Positions 12,658-25,365 of a stretch of 64,000 nt of DNA are shown here, piece by piece; position 1 is the stretch's first letter, and every line of letters begins with the position of its first letter. Both the position numbers and the translations under genes were made by a program. This stretch comes from Octopus sinensis (taxonomy: Eukaryota), in assembly GCF_006345805.1 (NCBI RefSeq), contig NC_043005.1, positions 41,602,001-41,666,000 on the forward strand, written 5' to 3'. The notes under the pieces were generated by a model. The model ran no database searches. It was not told where the DNA came from and saw only the letters and a list, made by a program, of their open reading frames with translations.

Positions 12658-14447
12658 AATACTCATATATATAATATGCTATTCTATCATATATATCCCA
12701 TATTGCAGTAAATGCAAATTTCATGACTACTTTTGTTATACTATACGTCCGCCATATACTGGGAGCGTTTAGCGTCGTAATAGTTTTAAAACAGTCATTT
12801 CCAAGACAAGTATTTTTCTTACTACTTGGCGTATATGATTTCAAGGTCCAGAACAGCGAGGAAGAAAGCTAAATATAATAACGCTATGAATATTCAAATT
12901 AGGGTTACTTCTTATCAGCGTTAATCCCAGTTCGTCAATGTCGTTGCTATTAAATGTTCTTATGTAATTTGGGTATTTAGATAAAAGCTATTTAGTTTTC
13001 ACGTCTGTTAACTGCCTGCATAATATTTCTGGGAAATATTTTTCTGAAATACGACATCCCTTTTGAACAATAATGTTAGAACATAGCCAGTTTGATGTGG
13101 TATTTATGCTTGGATTTGTATGCGCCCCGTTGCATGCGTATATCACTATACATTTACGAGCTTCTGCGTCCATTTGTACTTGTATCCGCGTGTGTGCTTG
13201 TACGTGTATGTAGCATTAAGCACATTATATAGAGATAAATGCGTGAATAGAAATATATCTGCACTCGAATGTGTATTCTGGAAGACATAAGCTTTTCCAA
13301 GCTATTGTATATGAAGATTCATCACCTCGCAGCGCGTTTTGTGTTACACGTATTTTCAATGAAGATCGGAATTTTAATATACTATCGTGATATGGTATGA
13401 AACATGACTATGGCGAAGGAATTTGCTCAATGACATAGGAGAAATAAATCATCTGTCAACTGTAAAGGTAAGTAGACAAATATATTGGTTCCTGCGAAAT
13501 TGAAATTTGGTTTCACCGTACACATATTTATCAATACATGTGGACATTTGTGAGTACAGGCATATACGAACTTGTATATTTATGATGTATTGCACACGCA
13601 CACTCCAACACACACACACACACACACAGGCGCCCGCTGTGTATGTGTGTATATATGTGTGTGCGTGTGTATGTATATATATATATATGTATATGGCCGA
13701 TATTTAGAAATATTCGTTTAGATATAAATACATACATATACATATGTGTATCTATATATATATATATAGTTATGATTACATATATATATAGAGTACACAT
13801 ACTGCTTATTGGACGAATGACATTTTAAACTGACGCACACACACACACACACGCATATATACGCAACCACATACACGTGTGGCCATATACGGCATTACTT
13901 ATGTGTGTCTGCATGCGTGCCTGTGTGTATGTAGGTATGTGCTTATGTGTGCGCACGCGCGTGTGGTGAGAAAGAGCACGGGCTAAGATGGAGTAAGAGG
14001 TTTGTGTAAGAAGAAAAAAAAGCTATGCAAAAGAATGTAGTTTTGACTTGGGAGTTTCATGTATAACATTTCGGTTTAGTGATATTAGGTATAAAAGGCA
14101 AAGAATATTTGGGTTAGAATATTATAATCTATAATAATACGCTGAAGTAGAATATTTTCATACCTCCGTAAACTCGCAGAAAACCAATATTACGACGCTG
14201 TTTCAACCTTCCATTGAAGCCATTTCAATTCAGCTATGGAATTAATGAGCGTTCAGATTGAAAGATTGCTAATATTCTTCTGCTTAGATCTATTTTCTAC
14301 ATTTTTGATTGAATGTAGTCTATACTTTTACAGATTTTGAGGTGAAGTATATCTGAGATTCTCAGTTCATTTTCTGATCCCACTAGATATCTATGATTCT
14401 CATCTTGAGGCTTATTCAAAAGAGCCTGTTTTCTTGATGTGTGGCTC

Positions 14448-14888
14448 AATATTGATTTCAAATTTTGGCACAAGGCCAGCGATTTCGGGTTTGAGTGGTA
14501 AGTCGATTACATTTATCCTTGTGCCCAACTGCTACTTATTTTCTCGAACTCGATGGGATGGCGAACGAAGTCAACCTCGGCGGAATTTGAACTCAGAATG
14601 TAAAGACGGACGAAATGCCGTAAAGTGCTAATGGTTCTGCCAGCTCACCGCTCTTGTGTAGCTCAATATTGATTTCAAATTTTGGCACTAGGCCAGCTGT
14701 TTTCGGGTAGGGGTGAGTCAATTACATCGAACCCCAGTGCTCAACTGGTACTTATTTTATCGATCCCGAAAGGATGGCAGGCAAAGTCGACGTAGGCGGA
14801 ATTTGAACTCAGAACTTCCGGACGGACGAAACGCCCTAACGTAGCTTGTCTGGGATGCTAACGATTCTGCTAGCTCGCCACCCTTGTG
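14448..14888 (-). mobile_element. Two tandem SINE family B copies (14448-14652, 14665-14888)
   Basis: Both begin ATATTGATTTCAAATTTTGGCAC and end in CTGC.AGCTC.CC. Confidence 0.8.
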
Positions 14889-15490
14889 TGGATCAATATT
14901 ACCGTTTATTTTTGTGGCGTGTCATTGATCTAATCAGCCTAAAGACACACTTCATTAGTCAATTAACCACTTTTGTACATACATTTCCCGTACCCTCTAC
15001 TTGACGATTATCTCCCACATTACTTAGTAATCTCACAGAACAAGCATTAGACGGATCAAATCTCAGGATGACCACATAGCCATATACAAAGACTTATATC
15101 TTTAATCCCCTAATATTTGTTGGGAACGAAAAATTCCCAGTAGTAATCGGTGGTTTAGTTTTCATTTTTAAGCGGTTCATATCGCATTATATACAACAAT
15201 AAATTTCAAGATTCAAGAAATCTCAAGCTAGATGTTTACGAAGCTGTATTCTTTGGCACACATTATTCAACCTATACAAACATCTCATTTTATACACCTA
15301 ACCTCGTAAATCAGTTGCATTGCAAAGACATGATAAAAAAAAATTCCACAGTCATGAGAAAATTAGTTATATTTTGCGTCAGCAAAAAGTAAAAAGTATA
15401 AATCAAATGAAAGAAAATATGAAAAAAATGATTACAGTTATTTTCGGCTGTAAATTCCCTTGTTCTAGCTTCGACAACAAAGATCATACC

Positions 15491-15722
15491 TATTTCATTA
15501 TTACCCACAAGGGGCTAAACACAGAGGGGACAAACAAGGACAGACATAGGTATTAAGTCGATTACACCGACCCCAGTGCGTAACTGGTACTTAATTTATC
15601 GACCCCGAAAGGATGAAAGGCAAAGTCGACCTCGGCGGAATTTGAACTCACAACGTAACGCAGACGTAATACCGCTAAGCATTTCGCCCGGCGTGCTAAC
15701 GTTTCTGCCAGCCCACCGCCTT
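15491..15722 (-). mobile_element. SINE family B with 13-bp TSD
   Basis: CAAAGATCATACC at 15478-15490 and 15723-15735 flanks an intact copy. Confidence 0.92.
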
Positions 15723-15990
15723 CAAAGATCATACCGACACCTTACGTAAGTCAAGCGATGAGTAGAAGGTTTAAAGATGTTGACATGGCTAGCCGCAGAC
15801 AACCACATGGTCCTGAGTTCAGTCTCACTGCGTTTCACCTTCAGCAAGTGTCTTCTACTACCGTCTCCGGCCGATCAAAGCATGGTGAGTGGATTTGAGG
15901 ATTTGGTAAACGAAAACTGAAAGAAACCCGACGCACACATTCACTCACTCACACACAAGCACACACACACGTTCCCCCCCACACACATAC

Positions 15991-16050
15991 AGATAACAAC
16001 AGATGCATTGTGGTTCACAACTGTGAACCACAATCCATTTGTTGTTATTT
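15991..16050. repeat. Near-perfect 27-bp hairpin
   Basis: 15993-16019 pairs with 16022-16048 (25/27 Watson-Crick, one G.U, one C.C). Confidence 0.9.
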
Positions 16051-16323
16051 ATCGTTCACCTAACACGGAACCTGCAATTCCTTTGGATCTAGAGTCTATG
16101 GAGTGCGGTGCAAAATATGCAGTGAGTGTACCCATGTGTAATATTAACGACTCGTGTATTTAGTCACCTATTTGTGATTGTACGCACAACCGGAGTTCAA
16201 ATCCGCGTTTATTTTAGTAACTACATATTTGTCTTTAGCTATTTTTTGTACACGATAAACCTATCACCGACCTGACCATGGTGTTTATGATCTAAATACC
16301 CGATTCTCTCGAATCCTGAAAAT

Positions 16324-16355
<32 letters not shown>

Positions 16356-16398
16356 TGTATGTATGTATGTATGTATGTATATATATATATATATATAT

Positions 16399-16461
<63 letters not shown>

Positions 16462-16489
16462 TATATGTGTGTATAATACGTGTGCATGC

Positions 16490-16712
16490 GCGCGTTTGCG
16501 CCTAAGTATGTCTCCCCACCACCGTTTGACAACCGGTGTGAGTGCTTCTACGTCTTCGTAACTTACCAGCTCGGCAAAAGACACCGATAGAATAAGTACC
16601 AGTCTTATAAAAAAAAAGAGTACTGGAGTCGATTCTTTCGACTAAAAATTCTTCAAGGTGGCGCTCCAGCATGGCCGCAGTCTAATGCATTAAACAAGTA
16701 AGAGATAAAATA
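16490..16712 (+). mobile_element. SINE family A tail
   Basis: TTGACAACCGGTG..CGGCAAAAGACACCGATAGAATAAGTAC..GCTCCAGCATGGCCGCAG. Confidence 0.75.
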
Positions 16713-17411
16713 TATTTTTAAGATAATCTGTTGTAGGATTTTATCTTTTATCCATGAGATTGAAATGATTTTTTTTTACTTGTTCTGACCAGATCCCTTT
16801 GAAGCCTTGAATGCTAAGTAGGCTAGGCTAACATTAGTAAATATAATGGTCGTAAACGCATCATATCGCTGGGGAAATACACTTAATACCGAGAACTTTG
16901 GATCAACAAAGCCTGCATCAGAAACACGAAATCAATATTCAGCAACTATTTTCTTGACACATTTTATACAAATAAGAGAGTTTCTAAAGCCTTAACTTTA
17001 TCTTAGAACAGTCTATATCAGCGACTAAGGTGCTCCTGTGAACAGCTTGCTCCGAATAAATACTGTAGTAACAAGCAGCGATCGAGAATAATTCAACTAT
17101 AGATTTGTTAGCATATGTTTGTGGCTTATTTTTACTTTTGAAGGCAAATTAACTACAGTAACTATGGAGAAAAGAAAATAATTCTCCCTTATAGTAAAAT
17201 GTGTAAGACATCATATCTACCCTGTGCTCTCTTTGAGCGGATTTCCAGACGTGTTTCAGGCGCTTTAGTCTTCTTCAGTATGAGATACTGAAGAGAGATA
17301 ACCCTTGACACATTCTAAAGCCAGAAACGTAACTGGGAGTCCGCTGCAGGGAATCATTAGGCAGATATCGTGGTTTTACTAATTTTCCTTTAAGAAAACC
17401 TTTTTTATATA

Positions 17412-17451
<40 letters not shown>

Positions 17452-17456
<5 letters not shown>

Positions 17457-17818
17457 ATATTTCGGGTTAGCCATTTTTTGCCAAATAAACACACGCACTA
17501 TATATTCGTTTTTCGCTTCAGACTTAAATCATTATTATTCTTTTTTTATGTCCTGTGTATGGAAATCCTTTGTCACACATCCTGTGACCTGTTTACCGAC
17601 TTTCCATCCCACGTGTCTCCTGTTATGTTTAGTTCATTTTAATTTTTTATAAAGAAAGATACATAAAGAAAAACTGGACTAAACAGAACAGGAGGAGACA
17701 CATAGGATGGAGAGTCGCCGAAGAGGTCACAGGACGTGTGACAAAGAAATTTCCAGACATAGGACATAAAATAATAATAATAAATAATAATAATAATAAT
17801 AATATAATAATAATAATA

Positions 17819-17850
<32 letters not shown>

Positions 17851-17935
17851 GCATAAATCTGAAGAGAAGACAAAAAAATGATCTTCCCGAAATATTACAA
17901 TATCTGTTTCTACGCACGATTTCACATCAGGCATA
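17452..17935. repeat. Zero-spacer imperfect inverted duplication (foldback)
   Basis: Left arm 17452-17649 is the reverse complement of 17650-17935; core 17546-17590 vs 17724-17769 matches at about 41/46. Confidence 0.88.
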
Positions 17936-17961
17936 TTGCAAAGTAAATACATAAAAACGCA

Positions 17962-18024
<63 letters not shown>

Positions 18025-19032
18025 GCACAAATTCATGCATACCACACATACATACATGCTCACATATGCATATGCATGAGTGTGTGTGTCATTCCATTGA
18101 CAACCAGTGTTCGTTTGATTATATCCTTATAACGTAGCGGTTCGGCAAAAGTTACAGGTAAAATTAGTATTCCACTTAGAAAATGTAAGTACTGGGAACG
18201 AATTGTTCAAGCTTTCAAGGTGGTGCCCTAGTATGTCCTTACTCCAGAGAGTAAAGCGAGCATAAAGGCAACGGTAACCGTTAGTGACTCAGTTTAACGA
18301 TCAAGCTCTGTGACACGATTCTCAGTTGATCCAACTTCGAAGAAAGAACGACGATCCGTGTGAAAAAATGTTACAAGCAAGAGGCAAAAATTGTACCCCC
18401 AGACAGACGGACAGTAACTCCATCCACTCGAAATGGATTAATTCGATATTTCCTTAACTACGTATCTTTTTTCTATTTCTATTTCCCCGCTTTCTAACTC
18501 GATTACAAAACGTAACTATTTTACTCTAAGAAATAATTATTGGGGCATCACACAACATCTTTACTAACGCAAATGTACGTTAACAGTTGCATACATTAAT
18601 TTGTAAAAAAATTATGATAATTCCTAAAGATAACTCCTCCCATTTTACACCAAGTCTAGTATCCAATCAGTACATCTAGGTAATAATACATCAGTGAAAC
18701 AAAGTTTCCTATATGACGTGTTCCAGTGATACACCACGCCTATTTTAAACATTTGAATATTTGTTAAAATTTAGGATAAGTTCTAACTTTATCAACATCG
18801 ATAAATGTATTTACTGCATCTAATTTTTACCTGAAGAGACATTCATACATTCAGAAAATTCAACATAAAAAAGAACTTAAGCATTTTCTAGTTGTGTTCC
18901 AACTTGGAATCCGTGACTGAAATGCGGGTGTTTTGACATTACAGGTATTTTTATTCAATATTCTTCATGATTTTTTCCCTTTATCGCTAAGTGTTAAGTG
19001 AACGTGCGCGCAAACACACACACACACACGCT

Positions 19033-19070
<38 letters not shown>

Positions 19071-19440
19071 CATACACACACATCAGTAGACACGCACATA
19101 GGCAGAAACACACACACACACACGCACGCATACACGCACGCATACACGCACGCATACACGCACGTATACATAAGCTTACAAACGCAAACATACGCACGCA
19201 CGTACACACATGCGCAAATATACATATCTATGACTCTATATACATATGTTTGTTCATTGCCAATTTTTCTATTTCGGTGCCTTTGCTACAAGGATCGCAT
19301 TCATTCTTTTCCACACATATATAGAAATATACAGACATCACAGATAGGAATGTGTATAGCAACGGTCACTTTATGCAAAACACATCCATGTGCACATATA
19401 CTGATGTGCATGTGTCTGTATTCGTGTTAGTGCGATGATG

Positions 19441-19478
<38 letters not shown>

Positions 19479-19666
19479 GTGAGAGCAATGAAAGAGATAA
19501 TATATTGCGCAATTAAGCCGAAAACACTTTTCTACACAAAACAAATTAGTGAGAGAGCTCAATAAAAATGAAAAGAATTTGAACCAGATACAAACCGAAA
19601 AATATATACTTTTGTATAAGTGAAACGTGAAAATATTACAAAGCTACATATTGATACACACATTAA

Positions 19667-19712
<46 letters not shown>

Positions 19713-19890
19713 ATACACACATACACACACACACACACTGAAACGCACAAACACACACACATACACATATACATACCCTGACTGCCTTTAATTTGAATTC
19801 TAACAACCAGTTATTACAATCGCTTTGCCCAAGCCAAATGATAATAACACATACACACATATCACATATATGTATGTATATAAATAACAT

Positions 19891-19971
<81 letters not shown>

Positions 19972-19973
<2 letters not shown>

Positions 19974-20090
19974 GGCCTGCTCGCTTAGCCAGCGGGGTGG
20001 CGTCATTCAAAGGCTAAAACAATGCGAACGCATTGAGACCAGCGATGTGTAACAACATCTGATGGTCTGGTCGGTCACGTGATCACGTGA
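19972..20090 (+). repeat. Short interspersed GC-richer repeat fragment embedded in (TA)n
   Basis: About 120-bp island between TA tracts; resembles an octopus repeat tail from memory only. Confidence 0.4.
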
Positions 20091-20133
20091 TATGTATATA
20101 TATATATATAATATATATTTATATACATACATT

Positions 20134-20178
<45 letters not shown>

Positions 20179-20504
20179 TGTGTGTGTGTGTCCAAGAGAG
20201 AGATAGGGGGAGAGTGAGTGAGAGAGAGAGAGAAAGAAAAAAAGACTAATGGGATATTATAATCCTCACCATCGCCTATTAGCACATCGTGCAGGATCAT
20301 GGCTTGCATAGTTTTCCAAAGTCAAAAAGGATATCCGCAAGACTTCGATTTATACTAAAGGAGAGCAATACACAACTCCAAGGAATACAAGTATCGTCCG
20401 TTTATGTCAATTTAGCTACATATATACATGTACGTACGTATATATGTATTCATGTATGTACGTATGTATGCATGTATATATGTGTGTGTGTGTGTGTATA
20501 TGTA

Positions 20505-20662
20505 TGTAACCCAGTACAACCTGTTGCGTGGTCGGGTCGTCGACGACTAAACTGGCAGCCCTCATCAAACTTGCTTGGTGAGGAGGGTGATTGTCGGACA
20601 CCCTGCAGAACAAGAAATAAGATCTGTCAAAGGGTAGAAGAGTTCATGAGCTGTCAACAGCT
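20505..20662 (+). mobile_element. Possible RTE-type LINE 5' UTR fragment
   Basis: GC-richer island resembling an octopus LINE 5' region from memory; G.CAAC.GC.ATCCAA recurs near 21165; not verified. Confidence 0.3.
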
Positions 20663-21068
20663 ATCCAACAATATGTGTACATGTGTATGTATGCATGTAT
20701 GCATGCGCGGGGACGTGGAAATAGCTGGGTTGGTGTTCAGGCGTGCGGTTGGCCCGGTGGTAGTGGTAGGCCCTTCTGTTTTTGTCACAACAGTTCTCTC
20801 GGAGAGGGAAATTTCTGAGAGAAAACCTGCGACACTGACAATGTTCGATGATATAGACTAGTTCTTCATTTTGAGTTTGTTGTCCATGTTCAGTGAGTGG
20901 GATTGCATTTGTGCAAATTCTTTCCCCATTGTAAAAAATCAACATGCACAGACATCGCTTGAAAAAAAATGAGTAAGACCTCTCTCAAAAATGGCTGGTC
21001 GTAGCCGTTGCATGTGTGGGACTTTCGATCAGGCGATGGCGACACTCGAATACGAGTTTGCAGCCATC

Positions 21069-21101
<33 letters not shown>

Positions 21102-21682
21102 TGTATGTATGTATGTATGTATGTATGTATGTATGTATGTATGTATGTATGGAACTCTTGAGAGTCAACGGCCATCCAATAAATGTCTTAAGGCGGTATC
21201 ATGCGCGGGGACATAGAAATAATCGGACTGAATACCCGATCGCGATTAAACCATTGGGAGTGAAGAACTCCTAGCCTATATAATTGATGTAACGGATATA
21301 TATCCTGTATATATATATCCTCTTTCCACCAATCTCTTCTAAACACGCAAGATATATGTTAAAGAATGGTTTGTTGCTTCCATTTATTACTCTGAGTTAG
21401 ACATGCCTTGCATTTGACAAGGAAATCCGACGTACACATGCATACTGAAACACACATACATGTATATGAAGGTATATCTGTTTATATACGGAGATAAGTA
21501 TGGATAACTATATATTGGTGTGTGCATTGTGTGTCTATATGTATATACACGCACATATATACATGTATTATATATATATATTATATATATATATATATAT
21601 ACATGTATGTATATATATATATCTATATATATATATATATATATATTATTACTGTATGTATATATATATATATAATATATAG

Positions 21683-21726
<44 letters not shown>

Positions 21727-21728
<2 letters not shown>

Positions 21729-22055
21729 CATAGTTGTGTGGTAAGTAGCTTGCTTCCCACCCACATGGCTCCGAGTTAAGTTCCACTACATGGCACCCCA
21801 GGCATAGATGGAAACTGAAAGAAGCCCGCCGTATATATATATATATCTATATATATATATATTATATAATATGGTATATATATATACATTTGTGTGTATG
21901 TGTGCGTGTTATCAGTTGAGAACCGATGCTGGTGTGTTTACGTCCCGGTAACGTAGCGTTTCTTCAAAAGGAACCGTGAGAATAAGTACTAGGCTTGTAA
22001 AGATGAAGTCCTGGGCTTGATTTCTTCAACTAAAATACTGTCAGAATAAAAGAAA
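21727..22055 (+). mobile_element. SINE family A with internal deletion
   Basis: Head TTGTGTGGTAAGTAGCTTGCT, GGAAACTGAAAGAAGCCCG, TA microsatellite, tail. Confidence 0.8.
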
Positions 22056-22977
22056 TAAAGTATATATATATATACATACATATTCACAGACCTATACGCA
22101 TGCATGTATGTATATATTAGTTCCCTGTAATTTAATGCAATAAAGTGTTCTCTCATGATCCACTCTGGTTAACGTCAGCATGCATTCAGAATGCCCAGTG
22201 CAGGGTTCTAAGCAAATACTGTGGTAAAGCATATGTAGTAACTTATAATATAAACTTGTGTGCATCTTAATTTTGAAAGCCCATAGCTTAGAAGTTAGGT
22301 CCCTTCACTTCCCGAAATTGCTGGTATGCTGTTTCCTTAAGCAAGACACTTCATCACTCGGTGCTTCTGTCTATTCAAAAATAATTATCAGCCGGTCGCC
22401 AGCGGGAAATTCTCTCTTTGACCAATTTGTTAAGTTCTGGTTGTTTCATTGGATTAAGACGATGGGCTCGAAAGGGTGTCTAGGCCAGCTCGCGAATATA
22501 TAGTCCTAAAACAATTTAGTGCAAAGCAGAGTTTGTGTGACGGAATCATAGTGACGGCTGGCTGTAGAAATCTACTGATTCCACGGGGTAGAAATCTACC
22601 GAATCATTGTCTCTGGTAGTCAAGTTATTTTAAAAGTATATGATCACGTGGTCCTTGAAAATAGTATCTTAAAAGTGTTTTTTTTTACTCTCTGTCACAG
22701 AAATGGGTTATGTTGGGAAGCAGCTACGATATCAACATCACATATACATAATACGATGCAAGTCATATGACTTGTAAAACAGTACATTGTACTCTTCATA
22801 TTTCGGTTGCTTCTGCGCATGAACAGCTTCTATGCTGCTGTGTATTTTGAACCGTAACACACGTATGCGATTCTCTTTCCATTTCCATTTCCGCCAACAT
22901 AGACTTTATTGTTATGATCACCAACATGATCATAAATTTATGTTAGACAGTAGATGGCCAAAAATAGAAAATATGTA

Positions 22978-23392
22978 GGCACCGTCGTGGTTGTGTGGTC
23001 AGAGGCTTGCTTCCCAGACACATGGCTCCATGTTCAATCTCACTGCGTGGCATCTTGGGCAAGTGTTTTTACTCTATCGCCGGGCCGACGAACGCCTTGT
23101 CCATGGATTTGGTACACGGAAACTAAAAGAAGCTTCTCTCTTTATCCCCCTCTCTCTCACACATACATATGCGTGTGTGCTTGTCCTTGTGGTTGTGTTT
23201 GTCCACCACTACCGGTTGACAATCGGTGTTTGTTTGTTTACGTCTCCGTAACTTAACGGTTCGGCAAAAGATCCGACAGAATAAGTCCCAGACTTAAAAA
23301 TAATAAGTAACGTGGTCGATTGCTTTGACTAAATCCTTCAAGGCAATGACCCAGTATGGCTATATTCTAATGGCTGAAATAAGTAAAATGAT
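22978..23392 (+). mobile_element. SINE family A, diverged
   Basis: CACTGCGTGGCATCTTGGGCAAGTG..GGAAACTAAAAGAAGC..CGGTTCGGCAAAAG. Confidence 0.8.
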
Positions 23393-23450
23393 TTAAAGCA
23401 ATACATGTACATACATACAACTGTGTGTATGTATGTTTGTATCTATCTAA

Positions 23451-23534
<84 letters not shown>

Positions 23535-23548
23535 ACACACACTTTACA

Positions 23549-23908
23549 CTTTTACTTGTTTCACTCATTTGACTGTGGCCATGCTGGAGAACCGCTTTTA
23601 GTCGAGCAAATCGACTCCAGGACCCATTCTTTGTAAGCCTAGTATTTACCGCTAAGCCACGAGGACGTAAACACACTAGCATCGGTTGTCAAGCGATGTT
23701 GGGGTGGGGCAAGCACAGACACACAAACATATACACACACATGCACATATATATATATATACATATACATATATACGACGGGCTTCTTTCAGTTTCCATC
23801 TACCAAGTCTATAGTAGAAGACACTTGCCCAAGGTGCCACGCAGTGGGACTGAACCCAGAACCATGTGGTTGGTAAGCAAGCTACCTATCACACAGCCAC
23901 TCCTACGC

Positions 23909-23909
<1 letters not shown>
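23549..23909 (-). mobile_element. SINE family A
   Basis: Colinear with 2459-2867 with two internal deletions; flanked by (CTAT)n on both sides. Confidence 0.85.
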
Positions 23910-23966
<57 letters not shown>

Positions 23967-23980
23967 GTCTGTCTGTCTGT

Positions 23981-24015
<35 letters not shown>

Positions 24016-24018
24016 ATC

Positions 24019-24084
<66 letters not shown>

Positions 24085-24559
24085 CATATACATTTTTATG
24101 AATTCAAACGTTATATAACTATTTCAACTTTATATATGTTATTGTTTCGAATCTCTAACTCTTTTCTCTTTCTTTGAACTACCTCTCGCTAATCGCTTGT
24201 TACAAAAAGGCATTATTTTTTTTTCCATAGTTATCAAAATATTTTAAATATTTATTTATAACATTATATTTCTGAAGTTATTTTTAAATTCTATTTTTAA
24301 TGTTGATTTCAGGAATTTAAGCACTCATAAACTACTTTGCAAAGCAAATTGTATATACTTATGATTTTAATAATTCAACATTTTCCATACCTCTCTGTTC
24401 AGTACAACGACGAATATACACAGCTTCATACGCGATTCACTTCACAACCTCGTTGACGAAACATACATACATGCATGCATACATGCATATACACATACAT
24501 ATATATATATATTTACATACATATATAATACACACACACACACACACACACACATATTT

Positions 24560-25360
24560 GCCAGCGGCTTCTCCCAACAAATAAAATACATCCCTAATAC
24601 TAAGCTGAAGCAACATATATCTCAAATCACATCGCAACGACACACCAACTACCAAAATCACAACAGACCACACATGCTAGAACCCCGGGAGAACCCGCAT
24701 TAAGACAACCTAGACTCACACGCACACATATAACATCAGGTCAAAAGCTAAAACAGCTAACAACAACGTGTCATGCTACCCCCTCCATTTCCCGAAAATA
24801 TAGATAGCTCTACCCCCTAAGCACCCCAAAAAAGTGGTGGACGCTCTATTCTATGGTATACACCCCTCTTCACATAAAACGTTAAGAACTTAGCTAAATC
24901 CTCCCTTAATATACTGGACTCTAACCTCCCTCATCAACATAAATATTACTCTATCTTTAATAGGTCTACCCTGAAGCTATCCTATTTCACCCCACCCAAT
25001 TTCGAGTTTATCATTGCGGCCTCTAATAAGCAAAAGCTTTCTCTCAACTATCAAAACTCACACTATAACAAATCTGAATACACGAGCGCCCGACATATAC
25101 ACAGCTCCAGTATCGAATCCATTACGTTAGACCACAACCATAACCCAACATATCCTAATAACACTATTCAGAATACGACCATAACTTCCTCGACCGTTAC
25201 AGGTTGAATAATTAAGAACGATAGCAATAATAATGATAATAGTAATAATAATACTAATAAATTGGACCTTTCTACCCCCATCTTTAGCCTCTCCTATGAC
25301 AGTATTACCTGCTCCATCCCTGAAAATAATCTCCAAAATGCACCCACTTGTAACTGCCGT
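24560..25360 (+). mobile_element. Decayed Penelope-like element, RT thumb/linker region
   Basis: One frame with several stops: ASGFSQQIKYIP ... RSILWYTPLFT*NVKNLAKSSLNILDSNLPHQHKYYSIFNRSTLKLSYFTPPNFEFIIAASNKQKL ... TCNCR; matches the PLE IIWFNPP / IFNRNTIKLSYS / CNCR motif series. Confidence 0.8.
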
Positions 25361-25365
25361 CCTAT

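Noticed and set aside
20720-21070. GC-richer block overlapping the 190-aa ORF 20289-20861
   Set aside because: The ORF is stitched from microsatellite and repeat fragments; I found no recognisable domain on either strand.
22759-22944. Short palindromes CAAGTCATATGACTTG and TTATGATCA-6-TGATCATAA
   Set aside because: Short and AT-rich, so expected occasionally in 64 kb; no supporting context.
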